Source: an uncultured Psychromonas sp. (GTDB lineage: Bacteria > Pseudomonadota > Gammaproteobacteria > Enterobacterales > Psychromonadaceae). Taken from it: a DNA stretch of 32,000 bases. Positions within the stretch are counted from its first letter, which is position 1. Each line of letters starts with the position of its first letter. Below are positions 8,218 through 16,078 of the stretch, piece after piece. A program made the position numbers and the translations under genes. The stretch lies in contig CAXXRV010000016.1 of the NCBI GenBank assembly GCA_963674525.2, forward strand, positions 12,648 to 44,647, written 5' to 3'. The notes beneath the pieces were generated by a model. It was not told the origin of the DNA. It did no database searches and saw only the letters and a list, made by a program, of their open reading frames with translations.

Positions 8218-9471
8218 GAACCTTGCGGAATTCTCTACCCATAACTTGTTTGGGTGGAGATGGATAGCAAACCAGCCGTTAGGTTGGTCTATCTTAGTTG
8301 GATACACTATCATTTTTGCCTGTGTTTACATCCAGACAAATCAGGTCTACTATGATCATTATGAAAAGCAAAGTACACACAAAAACGCTAAAAACAAGGA
8401 TCCGTGATAAACATCTAAGCACCCTAAACAAATGGGCTTACGGTGTGAATCAGGTGTGGAATTTTTGCAATGAAACGGCGATGAAGGCACTGAGCAATGT
8501 CAGTGAATTTGGCCCGGTAAAACCCGCTTTCCTGTCTGGTTATGATCTCCAAAAACACACTAAAGGCATGAATAAAACGCTTGGCCTGAATTCTGCGACC
8601 GTGCAGATGGTTGGGCATGAATATGCCACCCGTCGCAAACAATTCAAGAAATACAGATTGAATTGGCGTAAGTCAGGAGGGGTTAGACGTTCACTGGGTT
8701 GGATCCCGGTTCGTAAAGACTGTATTAGCTTCAAAAATGGTCAGGTTTATCATAACCGCCACTATTTTAGCGTTTGGGATAGTTACGGATTATCTCAATA
8801 CACGTTCAAATCAGGATCATTCAATGAGGATTCAAGAGGCCGGTGGTACTTCAATGTTGTGGTTGAGGTGGAAGCAGAGCAGGGTACAGGCAAAGCCAGT
8901 GTGGGTATTGATTTGGGTTGTAAAGAAACAGCCACCGACAGTAACGGCTACAAACTAAAAGGCCGTGAATACCGCGAGCTAGAAAAAAGTTTAGGCATCG
9001 CACAACGGGCAAAGAACAAAAAGCGCGCAAAAGCGATCCATGCAAAGATAAAAAACCGCAGAGTAGATGCTTTGCATAAATACAGCCGCAAACTTGTCAA
9101 TGAAAATGCGGCGATATTCATTGGCAACGTAAGCAGTCAAAAACTGGTCAAGACTAAAATGGCTAAGTCCGTTTTAGATGCGGGCTGGTCTACATTAAAA
9201 ACACTATTGGAATACAAAAGCGCTCACGCTGGTATTGTTTTTGAAGAAATCAATGAATCGTACACCACCCAAACTTGCTCGTGTTGTGGCTCTCGCCAAA
9301 ACAGTCCGAAAGGTAGAGCAGGACTTGGAATAAGAGAATGGACCTGTGAGTGTGGTGTCACTCACGACCGCGATGTGAACGCGGCCAAAAACATTCTTGC
9401 GCTCGGGCATGAGCGTCTGGCGGTAGGAATCCCCCACTAAAATCTTTGATTTAGTGGAGGGAGGATGTCAA
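8218..9471 (+). mobile_element. Non-autonomous IS200/IS605-family element (IS1341-like, tnpB only). The right boundary is exact; the left boundary is approximate.
   Basis: The right boundary is defined by loss of identity with copy 1 after TCAA (9471). The left-end region has hairpin ACCCA (8237-8241) / TGGGT (8251-8255) followed by GGAGATGGATAGCAA. This resembles the right end: hairpin, then GGAGGGAGGATGTCAA. No tnpA (Y1 transposase) ORF is adjacent. Confidence 0.75.
8352..9440 (+). CDS. tnpB: TnpB-family RNA-guided endonuclease-like protein (IS605 OrfB / IS1341 type)
   Basis: RuvC-I GIDLG (D at 8910-8912), zinc finger CSCCG...CECG, RuvC-III HDRDVNAAKNI (9363-9395), and the DAGW...LEYK block. 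The start is uncertain (ATG at 8352 or 8361); the ORF-track start at 8298 would lie in the left end. Confidence 0.85.
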   Translation: MIIMKSKVHTKTLKTRIRDKHLSTLNKWAYGVNQVWNFCNETAMKALSNVSEFGPVKPAFLSGYDLQKHTKGMNKTLGLNSATVQMVGHEYATRRKQFKKYRLNWRKSGGVRRSLGWIPVRKDCISFKNGQVYHNRHYFSVWDSYGLSQYTFKSGSFNEDSRGRWYFNVVVEVEAEQGTGKASVGIDLGCKETATDSNGYKLKGREYRELEKSLGIAQRAKNKKRAKAIHAKIKNRRVDALHKYSRKLVNENAAIFIGNVSSQKLVKTKMAKSVLDAGWSTLKTLLEYKSAHAGIVFEEINESYTTQTCSCCGSRQNSPKGRAGLGIREWTCECGVTHDRDVNAAKNILALGHERLAVGIPH

Positions 9472-9491
9472 CTCAGTGCACTGTTAGTAAA
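9330..9491 (+). ncRNA. Putative omegaRNA (reRNA). The scaffold overlaps the tnpB 3' end and the right end. The predicted guide is about 9472-9491 (ctcagtgcactgttagtaaa).
   Basis: By analogy with characterised TnpB systems, the scaffold ends at the right-end boundary and the guide is the flanking DNA. The hairpin 9434-9441/9450-9457 can extend by CCC/GGG across an A bulge. The 5' limit is a guess and there is no transcript evidence. Confidence 0.4.
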
Positions 9492-9504
9492 AAGGAAAGA
9501 TTCT

Positions 9505-10281
9505 ATGGAAAGCTACCAAGCGTTGTTGAGCACCTTAGCCTTGACGATGGGCGCCTCATGGGCCAGCGGCATCAATCTATATGCCGCGCTGCTGGTGTTA
9601 GGTTTAGGCGGGGCGAGCGGTAATATAGATCTACCTTCCGGGCTTGAGGTGCTTGAAAATCCGCTAGTGATAGGTGCAGCAGGGCTGATGTATTTTGTTG
9701 AGTTTTTTGTCGATAAAACGCCGGGGGTAGACAGCGGCTGGGATGCAATTTCTACCTTTATTCGCTTGCCGGCCGGTGCCATGTTAGCGGCAGGCGCTGT
9801 CGGCGAGGTGACGCCTGCACTCGAGATTGCCGCCGCTATTATGGGCGGCGGGTTAGCCGCCACCAGTCATGCGACTAAAGCAGGAACGCGGCTACTGATT
9901 AATACCTCTCCTGAGCCGCTAACTAACTGGACGGCATCGATCAGCGAAGATCTGCTGGTGCTTGCTGGACTTTGGACTGCGCTTAATCATCCGCTGGTTT
10001 TTATTGTTCTGCTGCTGATATTTATTATACTGGCGATTTTGCTTTTGCCTAAGTTATGGCGCTTTATTAAATTGCTGTTTCGTAAAATTGCGCAATTTAT
10101 AGGTTTGCTTGAAAAAGATAAAGTCATAGCAGCTGGCGTCGAGGGAGGTGTAACGCATGAGCAATTGCAGGCTTTACGCAGGCAAGGCGTGTTAAGTGAG
10201 AAGGAGTTTAATGCCGCTAAACAGAGGTTGCAGCAAAATCACCAGGCACAGGGTAAAGAGAATGGCAGTTCCAAGGATTAA
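9505..10281 (+). CDS. DUF4126-like membrane protein with a C-terminal SHOCT-like motif
   Basis: GINLYAALLVLGL...VEFFVDKTPGVDSGWD...RLPAGA matches the DUF4126 pattern as I recall it. The C-terminus GVLSEKEFNAAKQRL resembles SHOCT. The ATG at 9505 has AAAGGAAAG upstream. Confidence 0.6.
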   Translation: MESYQALLSTLALTMGASWASGINLYAALLVLGLGGASGNIDLPSGLEVLENPLVIGAAGLMYFVEFFVDKTPGVDSGWDAISTFIRLPAGAMLAAGAVGEVTPALEIAAAIMGGGLAATSHATKAGTRLLINTSPEPLTNWTASISEDLLVLAGLWTALNHPLVFIVLLLIFIILAILLLPKLWRFIKLLFRKIAQFIGLLEKDKVIAAGVEGGVTHEQLQALRRQGVLSEKEFNAAKQRLQQNHQAQGKENGSSKD

Positions 10282-10357
10282 ACTCTTTTTCCTTATTTTC
10301 CGGCAGTGCTGTTAGAATGTGTCAAGTTTTCTGCCCTAATCAAGTGACCTGTTATTA

Positions 10358-13261
10358 ATGAAATCAATCTCTTCAAGTATTTTTGGCCGTCTTTTCGGTC
10401 ATCCTACGAAAGTAATCATCAAGACTGAGGGTATCAGGGTGCTGTTAAACAGTAGGGCAACAGATATCAGCTGGCAGGCATTATTGTCACCTCCGACATT
10501 TACGCGCGGGTTATTCGGACAGACGCTTAGCTTCACTACCAAAGAGCAAAATTATGTGCTCAGCAAGTTAGCTTATAACTGTGCAAAAAAACAAAAAAAT
10601 GACTGCGAAAGGTTTTGGGCCGAGAGTAATAAACAACGCCTTGAAGACCTGCTTGCTAAAATAAACCAGTTAATCAGTCGCCGCTATTTGCGTCAGTCGC
10701 ATTGGCAGCGCATTCATGGTGCCGTGCAACAGGAATATAAGAGATGGTTTCCCTGGTTTACTGCAAGCAAAAACACGGCCCATATTGCTAAACTGGTTAA
10801 ACTATTAGCCAAATACCAGCATTGGCAGGAGCAGGATATCGCGCGTTGCCGGGCCGCTTATATTGACCGGCAGCTTAAAAGCTATCGGTTATTCTTTGAC
10901 AAGGTTGAAAGCAATCCCTTAACAGCAAGGCAACGTGAAGCCTGTGTTATTGATGACGATAATAATCTGTTATTAGCCGGCGCAGGAACGGGTAAAACCA
11001 GCGTTATGGTCGCGCGAGCCGGCTATTTACTCAGCAGTCAGCAGGCGCGCAATAATGAAATTCTACTTTTAGCCTATGGCCGAAAAGCGGCAGATGAAAT
11101 GGATCAAAGAATAAAAGATAAATTAGCCACTGATAAAATCAGCAGCAGCACATTTCATAGTTTAGGGCTTAATATTATTGCCCGGGTTGAAGGGCAAAAA
11201 CCTAATTTATCGCTTTTTGCCGAGAATGAGCAGGCAAAGGTGCAATGGGTGCAGCGCTGCTTGGAAAATTTAATGAATGGCCAGGCGCCATATCGGCACG
11301 TGCTGGTCGAATATTTCAGCCAATATTACTACACAGAAAAAGATGAGTTTGAATTTGCCAGCCTGGGCGAGTATTACCAGTATTTAACGGATAATGACAT
11401 CCGCAGTTTAAAAGGGGATAAAGTCAAAAGTTTTGCCGAGTTATCTATTGCTAACTGGCTATTCAATCATGGCATCGACTATCAATATCGGTCTGACTAT
11501 GCCTATAACCTAAGGACTGTTGAATATAAACAATACCAGCCGGATTTTTTCCTGCCAGAATTAAATATTTATATTGAATATTTTGCCGTGAATGACAAGG
11601 GGGATAGCGCGCCTTATCTTGATAAAGTTAAGTACCTTGCCGCAATGCAATGGAAAGGTAAAATTCATCAACAATATAATACGCAATGCATAGCCTTAAC
11701 CTACGCTCAGCATAAAAAAGGCATACTGCTTAGTACGCTGGCAAAATCTCTAAAAGACAAAAATATTCACTGCACGCCGTTGGCCGATGACGTGCTCTTA
11801 GCCAAGATCAAGGAAAGCGGCCGTGTTTCAGCGCTTGCCGAGTTATTTGCCAAACTGATCGGCTTATATAAAAGCGCGTGTTTAGACGAGAGCGCCGAAA
11901 AGTCTATTATTGCCGCCTCAAGTGATGTAGCACAAACGCAGAAAGCATTCGTATTAGTTAAGCCTATTTTACGGGCCTATCAGAAAAAGTTATCACAGGG
12001 CAATGAAATAGACTTTGAAGATATGATCACTAAAGCACTTGCCTATGTCGAAAGCGGAAAATTTATTGCTCCCTGGCGCTATATTATGGTTGATGAGTTT
12101 CAAGATATTTCCGAGCCGCGTGCGCGTTTGGTGAAAGCGCTGCGTGACAGCCGCAAAGGCTGCTCTGTTTTTGCCGTTGGCGATGACTGGCAGGCAATCT
12201 ATCGCTTCAGTGGCGCAGATGTGACGCTGACAACCGGCTTTGCCGACTACTTTGGCCCGACGACGCAAAGCGAGCTGGACCAAACTTTTCGTTTTAATAA
12301 TAAAATCGGGCAGCTAGCCACTGATTTTGTAAGTAAAAACCCGGCACAAATAAATAAAACCATTAACTCGCTTAAGCAGGTTAATGCGCCTGCCGTGTCG
12401 TTATTACGCAAGGCTTCGCTTAACTTGCAAAGGGATGAAAATAGCGTGAGTGAAATAGTAAATGGGGCTGTAGATGAAGTATTAACGGCGATCTCGGCAA
12501 AAGTGAAAAAAACGGCCAGCGTTTACCTGCTGGCGCGTTTTCGATTTCAATTACCGAATAGGGTAGCCCTGGCCAGATTAAGAAATCAATATCCGCTATT
12601 AAGCATTGAAACTCATACATTTCATGCCGCTAAAGGTAAAGAAGCCGATTACGCTGTGCTGCTCGGATTAACCCGTGGGCAGCATGGTTTTCCTTCTGAA
12701 AAAGTAACGCCGGCTATTGTCGATGCTTTGCTGGCTAAACAGGAAAGTTTTAAATATGCAGAGGAGCGCCGACTGTTTTATGTTGCCTTAACGCGGGCAA
12801 AAGAGCGTGTTTATGTGATTGCGGATATGCTTGAAGCGAGTCCCTTTGTCAGCGAGCTGCTTGCTGAACATGATATCGAAGTTGATGAATTTACTATTAG
12901 TGTCGACCAGAGTATTGTTGAGCAGATTAGCTGCCAGCTTTGTGAAACCGGCACACTGCAAGCACGCACCGGGCATTATGGAGCTTTTTACTCCTGCTCC
13001 CATTTTCCTCGTTGTGATCATAAAGAAAAAGCCTGTGCGCAATGCGGAAGTGCAATGACCAAAAAGCGTTATTCAGGATTTAAATCCTGTTTAAATGCCT
13101 CCTGCGAGACGATGCTGCCGCTTTGTCAGCAATGCGGTGCGGAAATGGTCTTAAGAAAAGGGCGGCAGGGTGAATTTTGGGGATGTAGCAATTACCGAGG
13201 CAATGAGCAGGTAAGTTGTAAGAACACTGTACCCGCAGCAAACATTAAATGGCCCGCTTAA
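10358..13261 (+). CDS. helD: DNA helicase IV (HelD)-like UvrD-family helicase with an inserted PD-(D/E)xK-like module and three C-terminal topoisomerase-type zinc ribbons
   Basis: Collinear with E. coli HelD as I recall it: N-terminal domain, FFDKVESNPLT..Q, Walker A AGAGTGKTS, LLLAYGRKAADEMDQRI, motif II VDEFQDIS, GDDWQAIYRFSGA, AEERRLFYVALTRAK. The extra segments lie at 11400-11710 and 12932-13258. Confidence 0.8.
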   Translation: MKSISSSIFGRLFGHPTKVIIKTEGIRVLLNSRATDISWQALLSPPTFTRGLFGQTLSFTTKEQNYVLSKLAYNCAKKQKNDCERFWAESNKQRLEDLLAKINQLISRRYLRQSHWQRIHGAVQQEYKRWFPWFTASKNTAHIAKLVKLLAKYQHWQEQDIARCRAAYIDRQLKSYRLFFDKVESNPLTARQREACVIDDDNNLLLAGAGTGKTSVMVARAGYLLSSQQARNNEILLLAYGRKAADEMDQRIKDKLATDKISSSTFHSLGLNIIARVEGQKPNLSLFAENEQAKVQWVQRCLENLMNGQAPYRHVLVEYFSQYYYTEKDEFEFASLGEYYQYLTDNDIRSLKGDKVKSFAELSIANWLFNHGIDYQYRSDYAYNLRTVEYKQYQPDFFLPELNIYIEYFAVNDKGDSAPYLDKVKYLAAMQWKGKIHQQYNTQCIALTYAQHKKGILLSTLAKSLKDKNIHCTPLADDVLLAKIKESGRVSALAELFAKLIGLYKSACLDESAEKSIIAASSDVAQTQKAFVLVKPILRAYQKKLSQGNEIDFEDMITKALAYVESGKFIAPWRYIMVDEFQDISEPRARLVKALRDSRKGCSVFAVGDDWQAIYRFSGADVTLTTGFADYFGPTTQSELDQTFRFNNKIGQLATDFVSKNPAQINKTINSLKQVNAPAVSLLRKASLNLQRDENSVSEIVNGAVDEVLTAISAKVKKTASVYLLARFRFQLPNRVALARLRNQYPLLSIETHTFHAAKGKEADYAVLLGLTRGQHGFPSEKVTPAIVDALLAKQESFKYAEERRLFYVALTRAKERVYVIADMLEASPFVSELLAEHDIEVDEFTISVDQSIVEQISCQLCETGTLQARTGHYGAFYSCSHFPRCDHKEKACAQCGSAMTKKRYSGFKSCLNASCETMLPLCQQCGAEMVLRKGRQGEFWGCSNYRGNEQVSCKNTVPAANIKWPA

Positions 13262-13427
13262 GGCGGCATAAATTTTTTGCACTATTAGAAATCTTCGAGC
13301 AGCGATATCAAGGAGAATGGCTGGAAGCGCAGTCTTTAGAGTGGTTATGTGTCATTTCCGTTTCTATTACCAATTAATAACTGAAATGACACAGATTTTT
13401 GAACGCCCTCCCGCCAGATGTTTTTAT

Positions 13428-13784
13428 TTATTCGCTGGCCTCCTCATCCATCGGCATCATTTCTTCTTCAGCCTCTTCATCCATCGGCATCATTTCTTCT
13501 GCCTCTTCAGTCATGTGCATCATTTTTTCTTCTGCTCCTTCAGCTGCATCAGTGATAGCGTCTTTTGCATCTTCAGCAGCTTCTTTGGCATCTTCAACGA
13601 CAGTAGTCGCTGCTTCAGTCATCTGATCCATGGCACCTGTTGAATCAGTATCCATTTCTTCTACTACGGCTTCAGGTTCACTGGCAGCATCTTTTGCCGC
13701 ATCGCCATTTTGATCGCATCCACTTAATAGCGCGATAGCCAATACAGAAGAGACAGCCATTGTTACACTTTTATAGTACTTCAT
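13428..13784 (-). CDS. Small acidic, Met-rich lipoprotein
   Basis: Signal plus lipobox (AIALLSGC). GAGGG lies about 8 nt upstream of the ATG. The mature part is D/E/A-rich and ends with three MM-x-M units (MMHMTEEAEE, MMPMDEEAEEE, MMPMDEEASE). Confidence 0.65.
   Translation of the reverse strand: MKYYKSVTMAVSSVLAIALLSGCDQNGDAAKDAASEPEAVVEEMDTDSTGAMDQMTEAATTVVEDAKEAAEDAKDAITDAAEGAEEKMMHMTEEAEEMMPMDEEAEEEMMPMDEEASE
13442..13534 (-). repeat. Three tandem ~30-33-nt coding repeats (MM-x-M-acidic units)
   Basis: cctcatccatcggcatcatttcttcttcag / cctcttcatccatcggcatcatttcttctg / cctcttcagtcatgtgcatcattttttcttctg. Confidence 0.8.
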
Positions 13785-14212
13785 AGTTTTTACCCTCGTC
13801 AGTTAAATTGCCTTATTAATTATAGTCAAAAATTAATATTTAGCGGTGCATATCAATTAAATAGACACTTTTTGAAAGGCCGCTAACAGCGGCAGGTTGC
13901 AATCAATCGGATACCGATGGCAACAGCAGCTGTTCTGTGAATGTTTATCATAATGATGGATAATCACTTTTTCATAGTGCCTGCTAAGGCTTTTTTCGCT
14001 AGCGCCAAGCCAACAGTGATTCGCTCAATGCAGGCTGAACAGAGCGGCGAGATAAATGAAAAAGCGGCAAAGGGAGATTGCTAATTTATGCGCGATAACG
14101 GACTGAGCATCAAGCTAAACGTCTCATTTTTGTGAAAAAAAAGCGATAGTAGTAGATCTGGTTTTAATATTTAAGCACCATATATGCAGGAAATATTCTA
14201 TGGAGGGAAGCT

Positions 14213-14947
14213 ATGAAAGCGGTGCATGCGCTATTTAAAGAGATGCTCGGAAGCTTGCGCGATCTTCTGCCGATAATATGTGTGATCGCTTTTTTCCAAT
14301 TAGTGGTTTTACAGGAGCCTCTGCCCAATATCCTGTCGATTCTTTTGGGACTTCTTTTTGTTGTTTTAGGTCTGACCTTTTTTATTTTTGGGTTGAATAT
14401 GGGGCTTTTCCCCATTGGTGAAAGCATGGCGCGCTCTTTTGCCAGCAAAGGCAGTCTCTTCTGGCTGATTTTATTCGCATTTTGTTTAGGCTTTGGCACT
14501 ACTATTGCCGAGCCGGCATTAACGGCTGTGGCGAGTGAAGCTGCCACAGTGGCTGCTGAAGGTGGCGTTATCCCGCAAACGGTTGAAGGAATGAACGACT
14601 ACGCCAACGGCCTGCGGGTGACGGTGGCGCTTTCTGTGGGCCTTGCGATTGTGATCGGTGTGGTGCGTATACTTAAGGGCTGGCCGATTCATATCATGAT
14701 CATTGCCGGCTACATTGGCGTCGTAGTACTGACCTGGTTTGCACCCGAAACTATTATCGGTATCGCCTACGACTCCGGCGGTGTGACCACCTCGACCATT
14801 ACCGTCCCGCTGGTAACCGCTTTGGGGGTCGGGCTAGCATCATCAATTAAAGGTCGAAACCCTATGTTAGACGGCTTTGGTTTGATTGCATTTGCCTCGC
14901 TGCTACCTATGATCTTTGTGATGCTTTACGGGATGATTTTATCATGA
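14213..14947 (+). CDS. DUF1538-family integral membrane protein (paralog A)
   Basis: Polytopic. Conserved blocks [11 protein letters not shown] and [25 protein letters not shown]...[16 protein letters not shown] lies 7 nt upstream of the start. Confidence 0.7.
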   Translation: MKAVHALFKEMLGSLRDLLPIICVIAFFQLVVLQEPLPNILSILLGLLFVVLGLTFFIFGLNMGLFPIGESMARSFASKGSLFWLILFAFCLGFGTTIAEPALTAVASEAATVAAEGGVIPQTVEGMNDYANGLRVTVALSVGLAIVIGVVRILKGWPIHIMIIAGYIGVVVLTWFAPETIIGIAYDSGGVTTSTITVPLVTALGVGLASSIKGRNPMLDGFGLIAFASLLPMIFVMLYGMILS

Positions 14948-15738
14948 TAAGTCCACTGCAGTTTATCGATATGTTTATTAGTACCATGGTCGATGTTATT
15001 CCTATTGCCAGTATTATTTTTGTTTTTCAATTAGTGATCCTCAGGAAACCTATAGTAAATTTAAACAGAGTCGTGCTGGGTTTTTTTTATGTTATTTTAG
15101 GGCTGTCGCTTTTTCTATTGGGGCTGGAGTTAGCGCTTTTTCCACTGGGTGAAACCATGGCGGCGCAGCTTACCGCTCCCGAATTTCTTTACGCTTTTAA
15201 AGAGGACATTACAGAGTCCTTGTCCTGGATTGATTATTATTGGATTTATCTGTTCGCATTTGCTATCGGGTTTAGCACAACCATTGCCGAGCCTTCTCTA
15301 ATTGCGGTGGCGATTAAAGCCAATCAGGTTTCCGGTGGCGCGATCCGGGTTAATGGCTTGCGGGTTGCGGTGGCCTTAGGTGTCGCCTGTGGCATCTCCT
15401 TAGGGAGTTATAGAATAGTTGTTGGTGATCCTATCCATTATTATATTATGGTTGGCTATATTGTGGTGATTATGCAAACCCATTTTGCGCCAAAGCTGAT
15501 AATACCGCTGGCCTATGATTCGGGTGGTGTGACAACCTCGACGGTGACGGTGCCATTAGTCACAGCTTTAGGTTTAGGGTTAGCCTCCACCGTTCCGGGA
15601 AGAAACCCTGTTATTGACGGTTTTGGATTAATCGCATTTGCAAGTCTATTTCCAATCATTTCAGTCATGGCATACGCCCAAATTACTCAATGGTTAAACT
15701 CAAGAGCAGATTCTAAGGAGAAAGATAATGCGCTTTAA
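14944..15738 (+). CDS. DUF1538-family integral membrane protein (paralog B)
   Basis: Same blocks as paralog A ([47 protein letters not shown]). ATGA start/stop overlap with the upstream gene. Confidence 0.7.
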   Translation: MISPLQFIDMFISTMVDVIPIASIIFVFQLVILRKPIVNLNRVVLGFFYVILGLSLFLLGLELALFPLGETMAAQLTAPEFLYAFKEDITESLSWIDYYWIYLFAFAIGFSTTIAEPSLIAVAIKANQVSGGAIRVNGLRVAVALGVACGISLGSYRIVVGDPIHYYIMVGYIVVIMQTHFAPKLIIPLAYDSGGVTTSTVTVPLVTALGLGLASTVPGRNPVIDGFGLIAFASLFPIISVMAYAQITQWLNSRADSKEKDNAL

Positions 15739-16078
15739 ATTAATAATTGCCTTTGTCGAGGATGCAAAGACAGATGCGGTTGTCGATGCGGCACGCTTGG
15801 CGGGCGCCACCGGCGCAACAGTGATCAATAATGCGCGCGGGGAGGGACTCAAGCAAAAAACCACTTTTTTTGGCCTGACTCTAGATGTGCAAAAAGATGT
15901 GGTGTTCTTTATGGTAGAAGAGCATTTATCGCGACAAATATTGGAAACAATTAACCAGGTCGGTGGCTTTGATCAGGAGTCGGGGCAGGGTATTGCCATT
16001 CAAATCGATATTGAAGACGCAGTCGGCGTGGCGCGTCAGGTAGAGACATTAACTAAAGTGGTAGAGGATGAGTTATGA
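15728..16078 (+). CDS. PII-like signal-transduction protein
   Basis: 116 aa with a PII-like layout: the [10 protein letters not shown] strand, a helix, a GATGATVINNARGEG strand followed by a T-loop-like segment, then a second beta-alpha-beta and GIAIQIDIEDAVGV. AAGGAG upstream. Overlaps the upstream gene by 11 nt. Confidence 0.6.
   Translation: MRFKLIIAFVEDAKTDAVVDAARLAGATGATVINNARGEGLKQKTTFFGLTLDVQKDVVFFMVEEHLSRQILETINQVGGFDQESGQGIAIQIDIEDAVGVARQVETLTKVVEDEL

Noticed and set aside
9454-9504. N-terminal extension (MEGGCQLSALLVKRKDS) of the DUF4126 ORF given in the ORF track
   Set aside because: The extension starts inside the IS right end (9454-9471 is part of the repeat shared with copy 1) and lacks an SD. 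The ATG at 9505 has AAAGGAAAG upstream and begins the conserved domain.
8218-13261. Possibility that tnpB, the DUF4126/SHOCT gene and the large helicase form a defence island
   Set aside because: The helicase is collinear with housekeeping HelD. The DUF4126 gene has no nuclease or sensor motif, and the tnpB element is an independent insertion with its own ends. No recognised defence gene lies nearby.
13348-13393. 11-bp inverted repeat (TGTGTCATTTC / GAAATGACACA) followed by GATTTTT between the convergent helD-like and lipoprotein genes; considered as an intrinsic terminator
   Set aside because: The loop is 24 nt and the stem is AT-rich, so it is not a canonical intrinsic terminator. I cannot support the call without 3'-end mapping.
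13317-13643. Plus-strand ORFs (108 aa and 75 aa) opposite the acidic lipoprotein gene
   Set aside because: The minus-strand frame has an SD, a signal peptide and a lipobox. The plus-strand frames are F/S/H-rich mirror images of the GAA/GAG-rich repeats.
14164-14547. 127-aa minus-strand ORF overlapping the first DUF1538 gene
   Set aside because: It lies antisense to a gene with strong family motifs and a good SD, and it has no features of its own.
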